The translations under genes and the position numbers were made by a program. From a virus (taxonomy: Duplodnaviria > Caudoviricetes), in IMG/VR virus record IMGVR_UViG_3300016722_000004, positions 1-43,404 of that record: a DNA stretch of 43,404 nucleotides. One strand, 5' to 3'. Within the stretch, counting starts at the first letter, position 1. Each line of letters starts with the position of its first letter. Below the pieces are notes generated by a model. It ran no database searches, was not told the origin of the DNA, and was given only the letters and a program-made list of their open reading frames with translations. This document shows positions 16,546 through 25,228 of the stretch, piece after piece.

Positions 16546-16709
16546 GCATGAGGTGGCGTATCACGCTCTCTGCGGACGGGACGGGATATCTCGTCCATGT
16601 CCCCGGAGAGTCGAAAGAGGAAGCGGTCCGTGCGGCAAAGAGAAAAATCGCGCGGAATTTTAGTGGGCTAGAACTGCGCGTGAAAAGCGCGGAAAGGATT
16701 GAAGCATGA
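16542..16709 (+). CDS. Small hypothetical protein
   Basis: MSMRWRITL..., coupled overlaps. Confidence 0.55.
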   Translation: MSMRWRITLSADGTGYLVHVPGESKEEAVRAAKRKIARNFSGLELRVKSAERIEA

Positions 16710-17026
16710 TTACGAAGGAAACAGCTTCGGCCATGGCTCGCGTCTATCGCGACATCGAAGCCGCTGAAAAACTCCTTGCCGAAGTTGATGAGGGAATTGC
16801 GCGCTCGAAAGAGCAAATAGACTTCCATGGGGAACCGCGGTCAACCGCCCGTCCGTGCCAGCTCGGATGGCCCGACGGAAACGGCTATCGTCTCTACAAC
16901 GTCGAGCCCGAGATCGCGCGCGTCGTCATCGTCGCACACCTGGCCGACCAGGAAGCGAAGCTCAAGAAGATCAACGCGGCAGCCATCCTAGAGGCGAATC
17001 CGCCCGATACCGGGAGGCCCTACTAA
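16706..17026 (+). CDS. Hypothetical protein
   Basis: AAGGA SD; TAATG overlap with next gene. Confidence 0.7.
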   Translation: MITKETASAMARVYRDIEAAEKLLAEVDEGIARSKEQIDFHGEPRSTARPCQLGWPDGNGYRLYNVEPEIARVVIVAHLADQEAKLKKINAAAILEANPPDTGRPY

Positions 17027-20000
17027 TGCGCATCGCACACCTTGCGGACCTTCACCTTTGCGAAGAGCACTACGAAGAGGCGAAGGCCTCGATCGAGACG
17101 GTGATAGCCGAACACAGCCGCGAGCCCTTCGACCTAATCGCCATTGCGGGCGACATCTGGGACGGGCCTGTGCAGAACAGCGCCCGCGCGCGATTCGCGG
17201 ACTTTCTGGATCTCATCCGCCGTCTCGCGGACTGCGCGCCCGTGGCGATGATCTACGGTACGCCAAGCCACGACACGGAGGGAAGCCTCGACGTGTTCGA
17301 GACGCTCAAGGCTGCCCACCCGATCACTATTCTCAAGCCGGGGAAGGCTTATTTCCTCTGGGATCAAGACGAAGGAATACATGTCGAAGACGAGAAGGAG
17401 CCGCCCTATGCCGTGCGGCGAGCCATCCTCTTCGGTGTCCCTGAGCCTTCAAAAAAGTGGCTCCTCGCAAATGGAGGAGCCACAGGGAAGGACGAATCAG
17501 ACGCGATGGTCCGGCAGGCTATGCGCGCTCTCTTACTCGGGCTTGGCGGCATGAGGAAAGAGCACTCGGAGCTTCCCTGCGTTCTACTTTATCACGGGCA
17601 GGTCTCCGGCGCAAAGTCCGGGACCGGCTACGAAGCGGGCTCTGGCATCATGGTCTCGCGCGACGATCTCGCGGCGGTCGGCTTTGACTACGGGGCGCTT
17701 GGCGATATCCATGAGCCTCAGCAGATCGGCGACCTCCCGGCCTACTACTCCGGCTCGATCTACCCGAAGAATTTCGGCGAGACGCACAAAGCGGGATGCA
17801 ACATCGTTACAATTCAGGAGACTTTCTTTGGCGACGATACGGATAAGGTCTTGGTCGATCGCCTCGACTTCCCGCATCCGCAGAGGGTCTCGATTAAGGC
17901 CAGTACCTACAAGCCCGAAGACGTGACCGGGAAGATCGTCTCCCTCGAGCCGACCATGACGCAAGACGAGCGGACGCTCTATGACGTGGAGGAGGTGCTC
18001 GACGCCCTCCTCGCGGCCGGAGCTCTCCCCGGGTCTCGGGTCAGGCCGAACGTCCTCCCGACCGAGACGGTCCGCGCCGGCGAGATCACCGAAAAGAAGG
18101 CCTTGCGTGATAAGGTGCAAGTCTGGGGCGAGGCCTCGGAGACGACCATCCCTGAGAGCGCTCTCGCGAAGGCGGACGAGCTCGAGCGCGAGGGAACCGC
18201 CCAAGGCGGGACGTCCGGCGCTTGCATCCGCATCGATCGCCTCATTCTGCGCGGCGCAATCGGCATTTGGAAGAAGAGTCACAAGGACGAGATCGACCTC
18301 AACCTCGAGGCCCTCGGGCCCGGCGTCGTCGCCTTCGCCTCGCCGAACGGTGCGGGAAAGACGACTATCTTGGAAAACCTCCATCCCTGGCCGTGTATGC
18401 TCACGCGCGACGGAACGCTCAAGGACCATTTCAGGCTCAAGGATTCCTTCCGGGATCTCTATTTCACCGACGAGCGGACGAGCTGGCACTATCGCGCGTT
18501 CATCAACATTCGCGCCGACATCGCGTCAGGCTCGGCCGAGTATTTCCTCTACTGCGACAAGGGCTCAGGCTACAAGCCTCTCCCCGGCATCAACGGCCGC
18601 AAAGAGCCCTACGAGGAGGCCATCGGGGCGCTCTTCGGTTCGCTCGAAATGTACCTGCAAACGGCCTTCGTCACTCAGCGCCCGACGAAGTACGCGCCGG
18701 AGCTCTCACAGGCTACCCAGGGGCAGCGCAAAACGCTCTTCGGCGAACTGGCCGGCATCGACTACCTCGAGCGCTATCGCGAGGCGGCCAAGGCCCGCGG
18801 CGACGCTCTCGAGGGCGACCTCGTGCGGCTCGACGCGACCATCGAAGCGGCCGACGACGTAGAGGGCCTCATCGACGCGGCCAAGCGCGCCATCGAGGAC
18901 TCGGACTTCAGGGAGCGGGCCTCACTCCTCGACGCGCAGAACGCCGAGCGGGACGGGAAGCAGCTCGCGGCCGAGCGGGACCTCCTCGCGGCCCGCGTTG
19001 CCGACCTCGACAAGAAGACCTCGCGGAAGGGCGACATCGAGCGCGAGATCGCCAACCTCCTCGGAGAAGTCAAGAAGATCGAAGCCGAGGTATCGGGTTT
19101 TCAGGAGGCCGCGAAAGGGAGAGGCGCGGCGGAAGAGGAGCTTGTAAAGTACGAAGCCCTCGCGAAAGAGGCCGAGGGGCTCAAGGCAGAGAAGGCAAAG
19201 ATCGACGAGGCGGATCGGCAGGCGCAAGGGGAATTCCAGCGCGCCCAGTCCGCGGCCCTCACAAGGCAGAACGCCGCGCGCGCCTCGCTCGACGAGAAAT
19301 ACCGGGCATACGCGAAGACTGACCGCGAGCTCGGCATTGCAAAGGCGAAGCTATCGGAACCCATCAAGGAGACCTGCCCGACGTGCGGGCAGCTCCTCCC
19401 CGAGGCCGACCGGGCCAGGCTCGAGGCCGCGCGGCACGAGATCGAAGTCCAGGTCGCCCGCCTCACGGAGAGCCTTGAGGGCCTGGGCCACGAGGTAGAC
19501 GAGGCGGAAGCGGCCGTCGGTGCCGTCGTCCTCCCCGCGCCTCCCGTGCCCGTCCCCTTCTCGGGTGCCGCCCGTCTCCACGAGATCGAGCGGGCCCTCG
19601 ACTGGCTCGACCCCGAGGCGGCCCGCGAGACAATCCGCAAGGCCGACGAGGCCGCGGTCCGCATCGAGGAAGCAGGGAAGCGCAAGACGGAGCGCGAGGA
19701 CCAGGCGCGGAAGTACGAGGACGAGCGCGACGCCTTGGGCTGCGAGATCGGCGCTGGATATGGAACCCGCGAAGCTCTCGGGACGAAGGACCTCGAGCTC
19801 GACACCACGCGAGAGCGCTACACGGCGGCGCGCGGCGCGGCTTCTGCGGCCCATGCTTTCGGCGAGGCTGCCAAGCGCAATCTCGAGGACGCGGAGAAGC
19901 GAGCGGCGGCCCGGAAGGAAGCCGAGACGAAGAGGAGCGCGGTACAGGCCGAGCTCTCCGACTGGCAGCTCCTCGAGCGCGCGGTCGGTCCGAATGGCGT

Positions 20001-20502
20001 CCAGGCCCTCGAGCTTGACGCCCTCGCGCCCTCCATTGCGGCCGTCTCGAACAAGCTCCTCGCGGAGGCCTACGGCTCGCGCTATCAGATCGAGTTCAGG
20101 ACGACGCGCATCGCGGGGACCGGCAAGAAGACACGCCAGGTCGAGGACTTCGAGATAGTCATTCTCGACACCGAGACGGGCGACGAGCAGACGATCGACA
20201 GTCTGTCCGGCGGCGAGGCGGTATGGGTGAGAAAAGCGCTCTACGACGGCTTCGCGATCATCCGCGCGAAGAACACGGGCGTGAAGTTTCAGACGGCCTT
20301 CCTTGACGAGGCGGACGGAGCTCTCGACCCTGACGCGAAGATGCTTTACCTGCGGATGCTCGAGGCGGCACACAAGGAGAGCGGGCGCTTCCAGACGATC
20401 ATCGTGACGCACTCGACGGAATTGCAGTCCATGGTCGAGCGGACGATCAATGTCGCGGAGCTCGGAGCGAGAGAAGAAAAGAAAGAGGAGGTGGCGGCGT
20501 GA
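17026..20502 (+). CDS. SbcD-SbcC (Mre11-Rad50) fusion nuclease/ATPase, 1158 aa
   Basis: ADLH, GDIWD, GTPSHD, GDIH; Walker A SPNGAGKTT, zinc hook CPTCG, LSGGE, FLDEADGALD, VTH in one frame. Confidence 0.9.
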   Translation: MRIAHLADLHLCEEHYEEAKASIETVIAEHSREPFDLIAIAGDIWDGPVQNSARARFADFLDLIRRLADCAPVAMIYGTPSHDTEGSLDVFETLKAAHPITILKPGKAYFLWDQDEGIHVEDEKEPPYAVRRAILFGVPEPSKKWLLANGGATGKDESDAMVRQAMRALLLGLGGMRKEHSELPCVLLYHGQVSGAKSGTGYEAGSGIMVSRDDLAAVGFDYGALGDIHEPQQIGDLPAYYSGSIYPKNFGETHKAGCNIVTIQETFFGDDTDKVLVDRLDFPHPQRVSIKASTYKPEDVTGKIVSLEPTMTQDERTLYDVEEVLDALLAAGALPGSRVRPNVLPTETVRAGEITEKKALRDKVQVWGEASETTIPESALAKADELEREGTAQGGTSGACIRIDRLILRGAIGIWKKSHKDEIDLNLEALGPGVVAFASPNGAGKTTILENLHPWPCMLTRDGTLKDHFRLKDSFRDLYFTDERTSWHYRAFINIRADIASGSAEYFLYCDKGSGYKPLPGINGRKEPYEEAIGALFGSLEMYLQTAFVTQRPTKYAPELSQATQGQRKTLFGELAGIDYLERYREAAKARGDALEGDLVRLDATIEAADDVEGLIDAAKRAIEDSDFRERASLLDAQNAERDGKQLAAERDLLAARVADLDKKTSRKGDIEREIANLLGEVKKIEAEVSGFQEAAKGRGAAEEELVKYEALAKEAEGLKAEKAKIDEADRQAQGEFQRAQSAALTRQNAARASLDEKYRAYAKTDRELGIAKAKLSEPIKETCPTCGQLLPEADRARLEAARHEIEVQVARLTESLEGLGHEVDEAEAAVGAVVLPAPPVPVPFSGAARLHEIERALDWLDPEAARETIRKADEAAVRIEEAGKRKTEREDQARKYEDERDALGCEIGAGYGTREALGTKDLELDTTRERYTAARGAASAAHAFGEAAKRNLEDAEKRAAARKEAETKRSAVQAELSDWQLLERAVGPNGVQALELDALAPSIAAVSNKLLAEAYGSRYQIEFRTTRIAGTGKKTRQVEDFEIVILDTETGDEQTIDSLSGGEAVWVRKALYDGFAIIRAKNTGVKFQTAFLDEADGALDPDAKMLYLRMLEAAHKESGRFQTIIVTHSTELQSMVERTINVAELGAREEKKEEVAA

Positions 20503-20924
20503 ACGGTAAGGCAGAGGCTATCAGGGAAAGGCTTCATCTTTGGGACAAGAAATATAACCCCGGAGGGATGAGTGAGCGCGAGCAGTTGTTATTTATCATC
20601 GCCTCGGATGCTATCGCGCTTTGCGAAGCCGAGCCCGCGCAAGAGACGAGCGAGGCCCAGGCAATTAAGCAGGCCGTCGTGGATACGGTAGGAGGAATCG
20701 TCGAGGGAAGACCAACAAATAGGCTCAACTATTTACAACGGCTTCGGGCATTAGTTGACAAGGAAGCCTCCGCTCAGTTGAGCGAGAAGGCGCTCAGGGA
20801 TGCGCTAGCGAATCTCGAATATCAGATAAGCACCGACGGAGGAGAAGAGGCGATTGAGTTTGCAATGCAGCAAGCGCAAGACGCCCTTGCCCAGTCCGAG
20901 AGCAAGGATAAAACTCATGCGTGA
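20499..20924 (+). CDS. Hypothetical protein
   Basis: GGAGG SD, GTGA overlap. Confidence 0.7.
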   Translation: MNGKAEAIRERLHLWDKKYNPGGMSEREQLLFIIASDAIALCEAEPAQETSEAQAIKQAVVDTVGGIVEGRPTNRLNYLQRLRALVDKEASAQLSEKALRDALANLEYQISTDGGEEAIEFAMQQAQDALAQSESKDKTHA

Positions 20925-21387
20925 CGTCAACATCGTCGTTCTCGTCGGAAGACTGACGCGGGACGCGGAGCTCAAGTACACCAACTCTGGGCAGGCCATC
21001 TGCCGCTTCTCGATAGCCGTCAACCGCTCCAAAAAGCAGGGCGACCAGTGGGTCGATGAGGCGAGCTTCTTCGACGTGGACTACTGGGGCAAGGGCGGCG
21101 AGGCCGTCAATCAGTACCTCGTGAAGGGGAAGCAGGTCTGTGTCGAGGGGGAGCTCCGGCAGGACCGATGGGAACAGGACGGGCAGAACCGCTCGAAGGT
21201 CCTCGTCTCGGCAAGTAACGTCCAGCTACTCGGAAGCTCAGGGAGCGCCAAGGAAGGGCAAGGCGAGGCGCACGGAGGCACGGACGGGGAAACACCCGCC
21301 GCGAGGCCTACGAGCGCGACAGCGGCACAGGGCGCGGCTACGGCGGGCAAGCCGACCGACGACTTCACTGACGATATTCCATTCTGA
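20917..21387 (+). CDS. ssb: Single-stranded DNA-binding protein
   Basis: VNIVVLVGRLTRDAELKYT...C-terminal DDIPF. Confidence 0.95.
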   Translation: MRDVNIVVLVGRLTRDAELKYTNSGQAICRFSIAVNRSKKQGDQWVDEASFFDVDYWGKGGEAVNQYLVKGKQVCVEGELRQDRWEQDGQNRSKVLVSASNVQLLGSSGSAKEGQGEAHGGTDGETPAARPTSATAAQGAATAGKPTDDFTDDIPF

Positions 21388-21442
21388 TATCCATGCCGGG
21401 CGGGGAGACTCGTCCGGCGCTTTCTCGCAACTGGGAGGAATT

Positions 21443-21643
21443 ATGAGCTTTACTAGTTGTTTTGAAAATATAAATACGATAAACTCTCTCTTGCCGAGGG
21501 TGGCTCCCTTGGCACGGCTCGCTCTGACGAGTAACATCAAAGAAGCGCGCGAGATGGGTAGGGCGGTCAGTGACGCCCCAACGGACTTAGCCAGTCCGGC
21601 CCGTCTCGGGCGCTTTTTTATTACTCAACGCCGGGAGGCGTAG
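21443..21643 (+). CDS. Ash/Icd-like leader ORF spanning an RNA structure
   Basis: GGAGG SD; MGRA..AP....SPARL resembles Ash-family ORFs. Confidence 0.45.
   Translation: MSFTSCFENINTINSLLPRVAPLARLALTSNIKEAREMGRAVSDAPTDLASPARLGRFFITQRREA
21492..21619 (+). promoter_or_regulatory. Attenuator-like RNA: two hairpins plus a three-way-junction terminator with complementary loops
   Basis: Loop pairs TGGCT/AGCCA and CTGAC/GTCAG; outer stem 21543-21558/21600-21615 followed by U-run. Confidence 0.6.
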
Positions 21644-21649
21644 AGAAAA

Positions 21650-22561
21650 ATGGCAAGAATCCGCACCATTAAGCCGGAATTCCCTCAATCTGAAAGCCTG
21701 GGGCGCATATCGCGTGACGCGCGCCTCGCATTCGTTGAAATGTGGACAATCGCCGATGATTCGGGGAGGCTTCGCGGAAGTTCGCGAATGCTCGCGAGCC
21801 TTCTCTTCCCATACGACGACGACGCCCCGAAGCTCATAGACAACTGGCTTTGCGAGCTCGAACGCGAAAAATGCATCAAGCGCTACATCGTCGATGGTCA
21901 AAAATATATACAGGTAGTTAATTGGTTTAAGCATCAGAAAATAGACAAGCCTTCTCCTTCACGCCTCCCGGCTCCCGAGAATATTCGCGAGGATTCGCGA
22001 AGAATCGACGAGGCTTCGGCTAGCCCTCGAGAGGATTCGTCGGAGGACCTAGGACCTAGGACCATGGACCTAGGAGTAGACCAAGAAGAATTCGCCGACG
22101 ATTCGGCGCCGGTCGACGATGAATTCCCCGACGACATCCCGTTCGACCTCCCGGCTACGGCTCTGACTCCCCAGCCGGTCGAGAAGCCGAAGGCCAAGAC
22201 CCTCGCCCCTCGAGATCCCCTGCGCGATGCGCTCGCCGAGTCCTTCAAGGCGAAGGTCCCGGAGTACGCGAGCCCCGCGAAAGAGAACGCAAACCTCCTG
22301 AAGCTCGCTTCGGCAATCAGACGGAAGGCGACCGCCGAAAAGACCGACGAGATGGCTGCCGCCCAGGGCTGCATCGAAATCTTCTGGAAGCTCCACGAGT
22401 CCGGGAAACAGTTCTACGCGGACTTCACGCCGTCGAAAATGCTGGCGGCATTCGAGAGCCTATGGGCCGAATATCACAAGAGCGTCGAGGCGAGCGATCT
22501 CTCCTGGCTCGATGAGGCCGAAGCGAGACACGCGCGGGAGCAGGGAGGGAAATCAGCATGA
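21650..22561 (+). CDS. Phage replication initiator (replisome organizer)
   Basis: MARIRTIKPEF...ADDSGR...NWFKHQKIDKPS; internal iteron-like repeats. Confidence 0.85.
   Translation: MARIRTIKPEFPQSESLGRISRDARLAFVEMWTIADDSGRLRGSSRMLASLLFPYDDDAPKLIDNWLCELEREKCIKRYIVDGQKYIQVVNWFKHQKIDKPSPSRLPAPENIREDSRRIDEASASPREDSSEDLGPRTMDLGVDQEEFADDSAPVDDEFPDDIPFDLPATALTPQPVEKPKAKTLAPRDPLRDALAESFKAKVPEYASPAKENANLLKLASAIRRKATAEKTDEMAAAQGCIEIFWKLHESGKQFYADFTPSKMLAAFESLWAEYHKSVEASDLSWLDEAEARHAREQGGKSA
21985..22075 (+). repeat. Iteron-like repeats (putative origin) inside the initiator gene
   Basis: ~10-11-nt TCGNGAGGAT-like units followed by four GGACCTA-like 7-mers (22045-22072). Confidence 0.6.
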
Positions 22562-22935
22562 CCCCGAAAGAGTTCACGACCTGGGCGCAAGGATATTACG
22601 GGCCGTACCCGGTCGGGCAGAAGCGCGACATCGCGGAATGGCTTATCGGTCGATGGCCGGAAGAGCTCGACGAGCTCAAGGCCGAAATGCTCAAGGCCTG
22701 CCCGTCGCACATCGGGCAAGTGAACGGCTACCCGCCCGACATCGAGGCGATGGAGAAGCTTCTCCCGGCCGTCCAACGCTCGATAGCCGCCCGACTTCGC
22801 GAAGAACGCGAGAAAGCGCTCGCCTCCCGGATGCTTCCGGCGCCCGAGGAAGCGACCACGAACGCGGACCTCATGGCCCTCGACTGGTCGAAGATCTTCC
22901 AGGGCAAAATCAAGTCGGTGAAAAAATCGGCGTGA
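22558..22935 (+). CDS. Hypothetical protein (helicase-loader position)
   Basis: Coupled to initiator, GGAGG SD. Confidence 0.7.
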   Translation: MTPKEFTTWAQGYYGPYPVGQKRDIAEWLIGRWPEELDELKAEMLKACPSHIGQVNGYPPDIEAMEKLLPAVQRSIAARLREEREKALASRMLPAPEEATTNADLMALDWSKIFQGKIKSVKKSA

Positions 22936-22960
22936 GACAATACGATTTTTTACGAATTAT

Positions 22961-23024
22961 CGGGTACTCGCGGGACCTCGCGGGCACTCACGGGACCTCG
23001 CGGGCACTCACGGGACCTCGCGGG
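22961..23024 (+). repeat. Tandem 10-bp array CGGG-NN-CTC-R x6
   Basis: cgggtactcg cgggacctcg cgggcactca cgggacctcg cgggcactca cgggacctcg cggg. Confidence 0.9.
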
Positions 23025-23086
23025 AAGATAAGCGACAACTAGGTCATGTTGACAGTTTTTCTTGAAAAGTTTATCGGTCGAGTATC

Positions 23087-23767
23087 ATGGCGAAGAAAAC
23101 GAGCGGGACGAAGACCACAGCGAAAGGACCGACGAAGGCCCCTCGCGCTGTCGGCAAGCACTCAGGACGGAAGGCGGCCGTCTCTGTAGACCTCGTGCAG
23201 GCTCGAGCTGATTTCGTGCGATTTCTGATCGAGCAGGATTTTCAGAATGCAACGGGCGCATATAGTCGGGCATACCCGAGAGCAAGCGAGGCGACGGCGG
23301 CGACAGAATCGAGCCGACTCCTCAAAGACCCTAAGATTCAAGAGGCAATATCAACCGAACTCAAGGCGGTCCTGGCCGAGAAGCGCGTGCCCCTCGAGAA
23401 GCGGATTCTCGACTACTGGATCACCCGGGCGTTTTACGACCCGACCGAGATTATCGACCTTCGCGGCAACCTGAGAATGACCGAGACTCAGCTCCGGAAG
23501 CGCGGGCTTTTTGTCGTTATCGACTCGACCAACAAAAAACTCAACGCCAAGGGCGACGAGTACATGGAGTACAAGTTCGCCGACCGCGACAAGGCCGTCG
23601 ACATGCTCCAGAAATACATCGCCATGATTCGAGAGCCGGACAAGAACCTGAACGTGAATGTCGGAGGTGGTGTCCTCAAGGTCCCGGCCGCCATGTCCGC
23701 CGAGGAATGGGCCGCCACGGCGGCCGTACAGCAAGACGCGCTCATATCGACGGCGGTGAAGTCGTGA
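23087..23767 (+). CDS. terS: Terminase small subunit
   Basis: NATGAYSRAY...SRLLKDPKIQEAI, AFYDP, KFADRDKAVDML; upstream of TerL. Confidence 0.85.
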   Translation: MAKKTSGTKTTAKGPTKAPRAVGKHSGRKAAVSVDLVQARADFVRFLIEQDFQNATGAYSRAYPRASEATAATESSRLLKDPKIQEAISTELKAVLAEKRVPLEKRILDYWITRAFYDPTEIIDLRGNLRMTETQLRKRGLFVVIDSTNKKLNAKGDEYMEYKFADRDKAVDMLQKYIAMIREPDKNLNVNVGGGVLKVPAAMSAEEWAATAAVQQDALISTAVKS

Positions 23768-25227
23768 GCGAACCCCGGGTCCTCTGGGAGCCGCAACCGG
23801 GCAGCCAGGAACTCTTCCTCGCCTGCCCGATCTTTGAGGTGCTCTACGAGGGGACCCGCGGCCCAGGGAAAACCGACGCCCTCCTCATGGATTTCGCTCA
23901 AGAAGTGGGCCTAGGATTCGGGCCGGCCTGGCGTGGAATCATCTTCCGCCGCGAATACAAAGAGCTCGACGATATTGTCGCGAAGTCGAAGCGCTGGTTT
24001 CCCCAGATCTTCCCGGGAGCCCAGTGGATCGACTCCGCGCAGAAGTATCTCTGGCGCTTTCCGGAGGGCGAGGAGCTCCGCTTTCGCGCCGCGAAGAAAC
24101 GTGACGACTACTGGTCCTACCACGGCCAGGAATATCCATTCGTCGGGTGGGAAGAGCTTACAAACTGGGGAGACCTTGGCCTGTACCTCGACATGATGTC
24201 GGTCTGCCGCTCCTCGACTCCGGGTATGCCGCGCAAATATCGAGCGACTGCGAATCCCTGGGGCCGTGGCCATAATGCCGTGAAGCGCCGCTTCATCGAC
24301 CCCGCCCCTCGTGGACACGTCGTTTACGAGGAATTCAAGAACCCAATCACGGGCGACACCGAGCGCCGCGGGCGCGTCGCGATTCACGGGACCATCTGGG
24401 AGAATAAAATCCTCCAGAAGGCCGACCCGGGCTATATCGCCAGCCTCCTTGCGATCAAGGAGACGAACAAGCGCCGAGCTTGGCTCTTTGGCGATTGGGA
24501 CATCACCGCCGGCGGCGCGCTCGATGATCTCTGGGACCGATCGAGGCATGTTGTAAAACCCTTCAAGATTCCGTCTTCCTGGCGCATTGACCGCTCCTTC
24601 GACTGGGGCAGTTCAAAGCCATTTTCTGTGGGTTGGTGGGCGGAGTCGGACGGAACAACCGCAACGCTCGCCGATGGCTCAAAGAAGACATGGCCACGCG
24701 GAACGCTTTTCCGTATTGCTGAGTGGTACGGCTGGAATGGCGAGGATAATCACGGCGCCGAGCCTCGCCTCGAGGACGTGGCGATCGGAAAGGGCATCGC
24801 CGAGCGCGAGGCGAAGATCCGCGCCGCCCTTGGTATTGTGCAGCAGTTTCAGCCCGGGCCCGCTGACTCCTCGATCTATGACGCCGACCCAGGGAAGCAG
24901 TCGATAGCGCAAGGCATCGACAAAGGTTATGGCCGGCCTTGCTTCGTCCCAGCCGATAAGTCTGCGGGCTCGAGAAAAAACGGCCTCGCCGTCGTGCGCC
25001 GTATGCTCGCCGAATCGCTTAAGGATCATCCTGAGGATCCTTGCGTTTTCATCTTCGAGACCTGTACGGATGGCTTTATCCGCACCGTCCCGGTTCTTCC
25101 GCGTGACGAGAACGATCCCGATGATGTGGATTCGGACGCCGAAGACCATTGCTTTGATGAAACACGCTACAGAGTAACCGCGCCTCGAAAAGGCTCTGTC
25201 TCTTCTTCTCGCCCATTAGGAGTTTGA
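23764..25227 (+). CDS. terL: Terminase large subunit
   Basis: PQPGSQ, YEGTRGPGKT, WEELT, ATANP.G.GH, DWG, EDHCFDETRY. Confidence 0.93.
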   Translation: MSEPRVLWEPQPGSQELFLACPIFEVLYEGTRGPGKTDALLMDFAQEVGLGFGPAWRGIIFRREYKELDDIVAKSKRWFPQIFPGAQWIDSAQKYLWRFPEGEELRFRAAKKRDDYWSYHGQEYPFVGWEELTNWGDLGLYLDMMSVCRSSTPGMPRKYRATANPWGRGHNAVKRRFIDPAPRGHVVYEEFKNPITGDTERRGRVAIHGTIWENKILQKADPGYIASLLAIKETNKRRAWLFGDWDITAGGALDDLWDRSRHVVKPFKIPSSWRIDRSFDWGSSKPFSVGWWAESDGTTATLADGSKKTWPRGTLFRIAEWYGWNGEDNHGAEPRLEDVAIGKGIAEREAKIRAALGIVQQFQPGPADSSIYDADPGKQSIAQGIDKGYGRPCFVPADKSAGSRKNGLAVVRRMLAESLKDHPEDPCVFIFETCTDGFIRTVPVLPRDENDPDDVDSDAEDHCFDETRYRVTAPRKGSVSSSRPLGV

Positions 25228-25228
25228 T

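Noticed and set aside
16855-17025. N-terminal extensions in the ORF track (also 6680, 8682, 23707, 32794, 33183)
   Set aside because: They overlap upstream genes; downstream starts with SD or stop/start coupling fit better
22961-23024. CRISPR or mini-array
   Set aside because: 10-bp tandem units with no unique spacers; no cas genes
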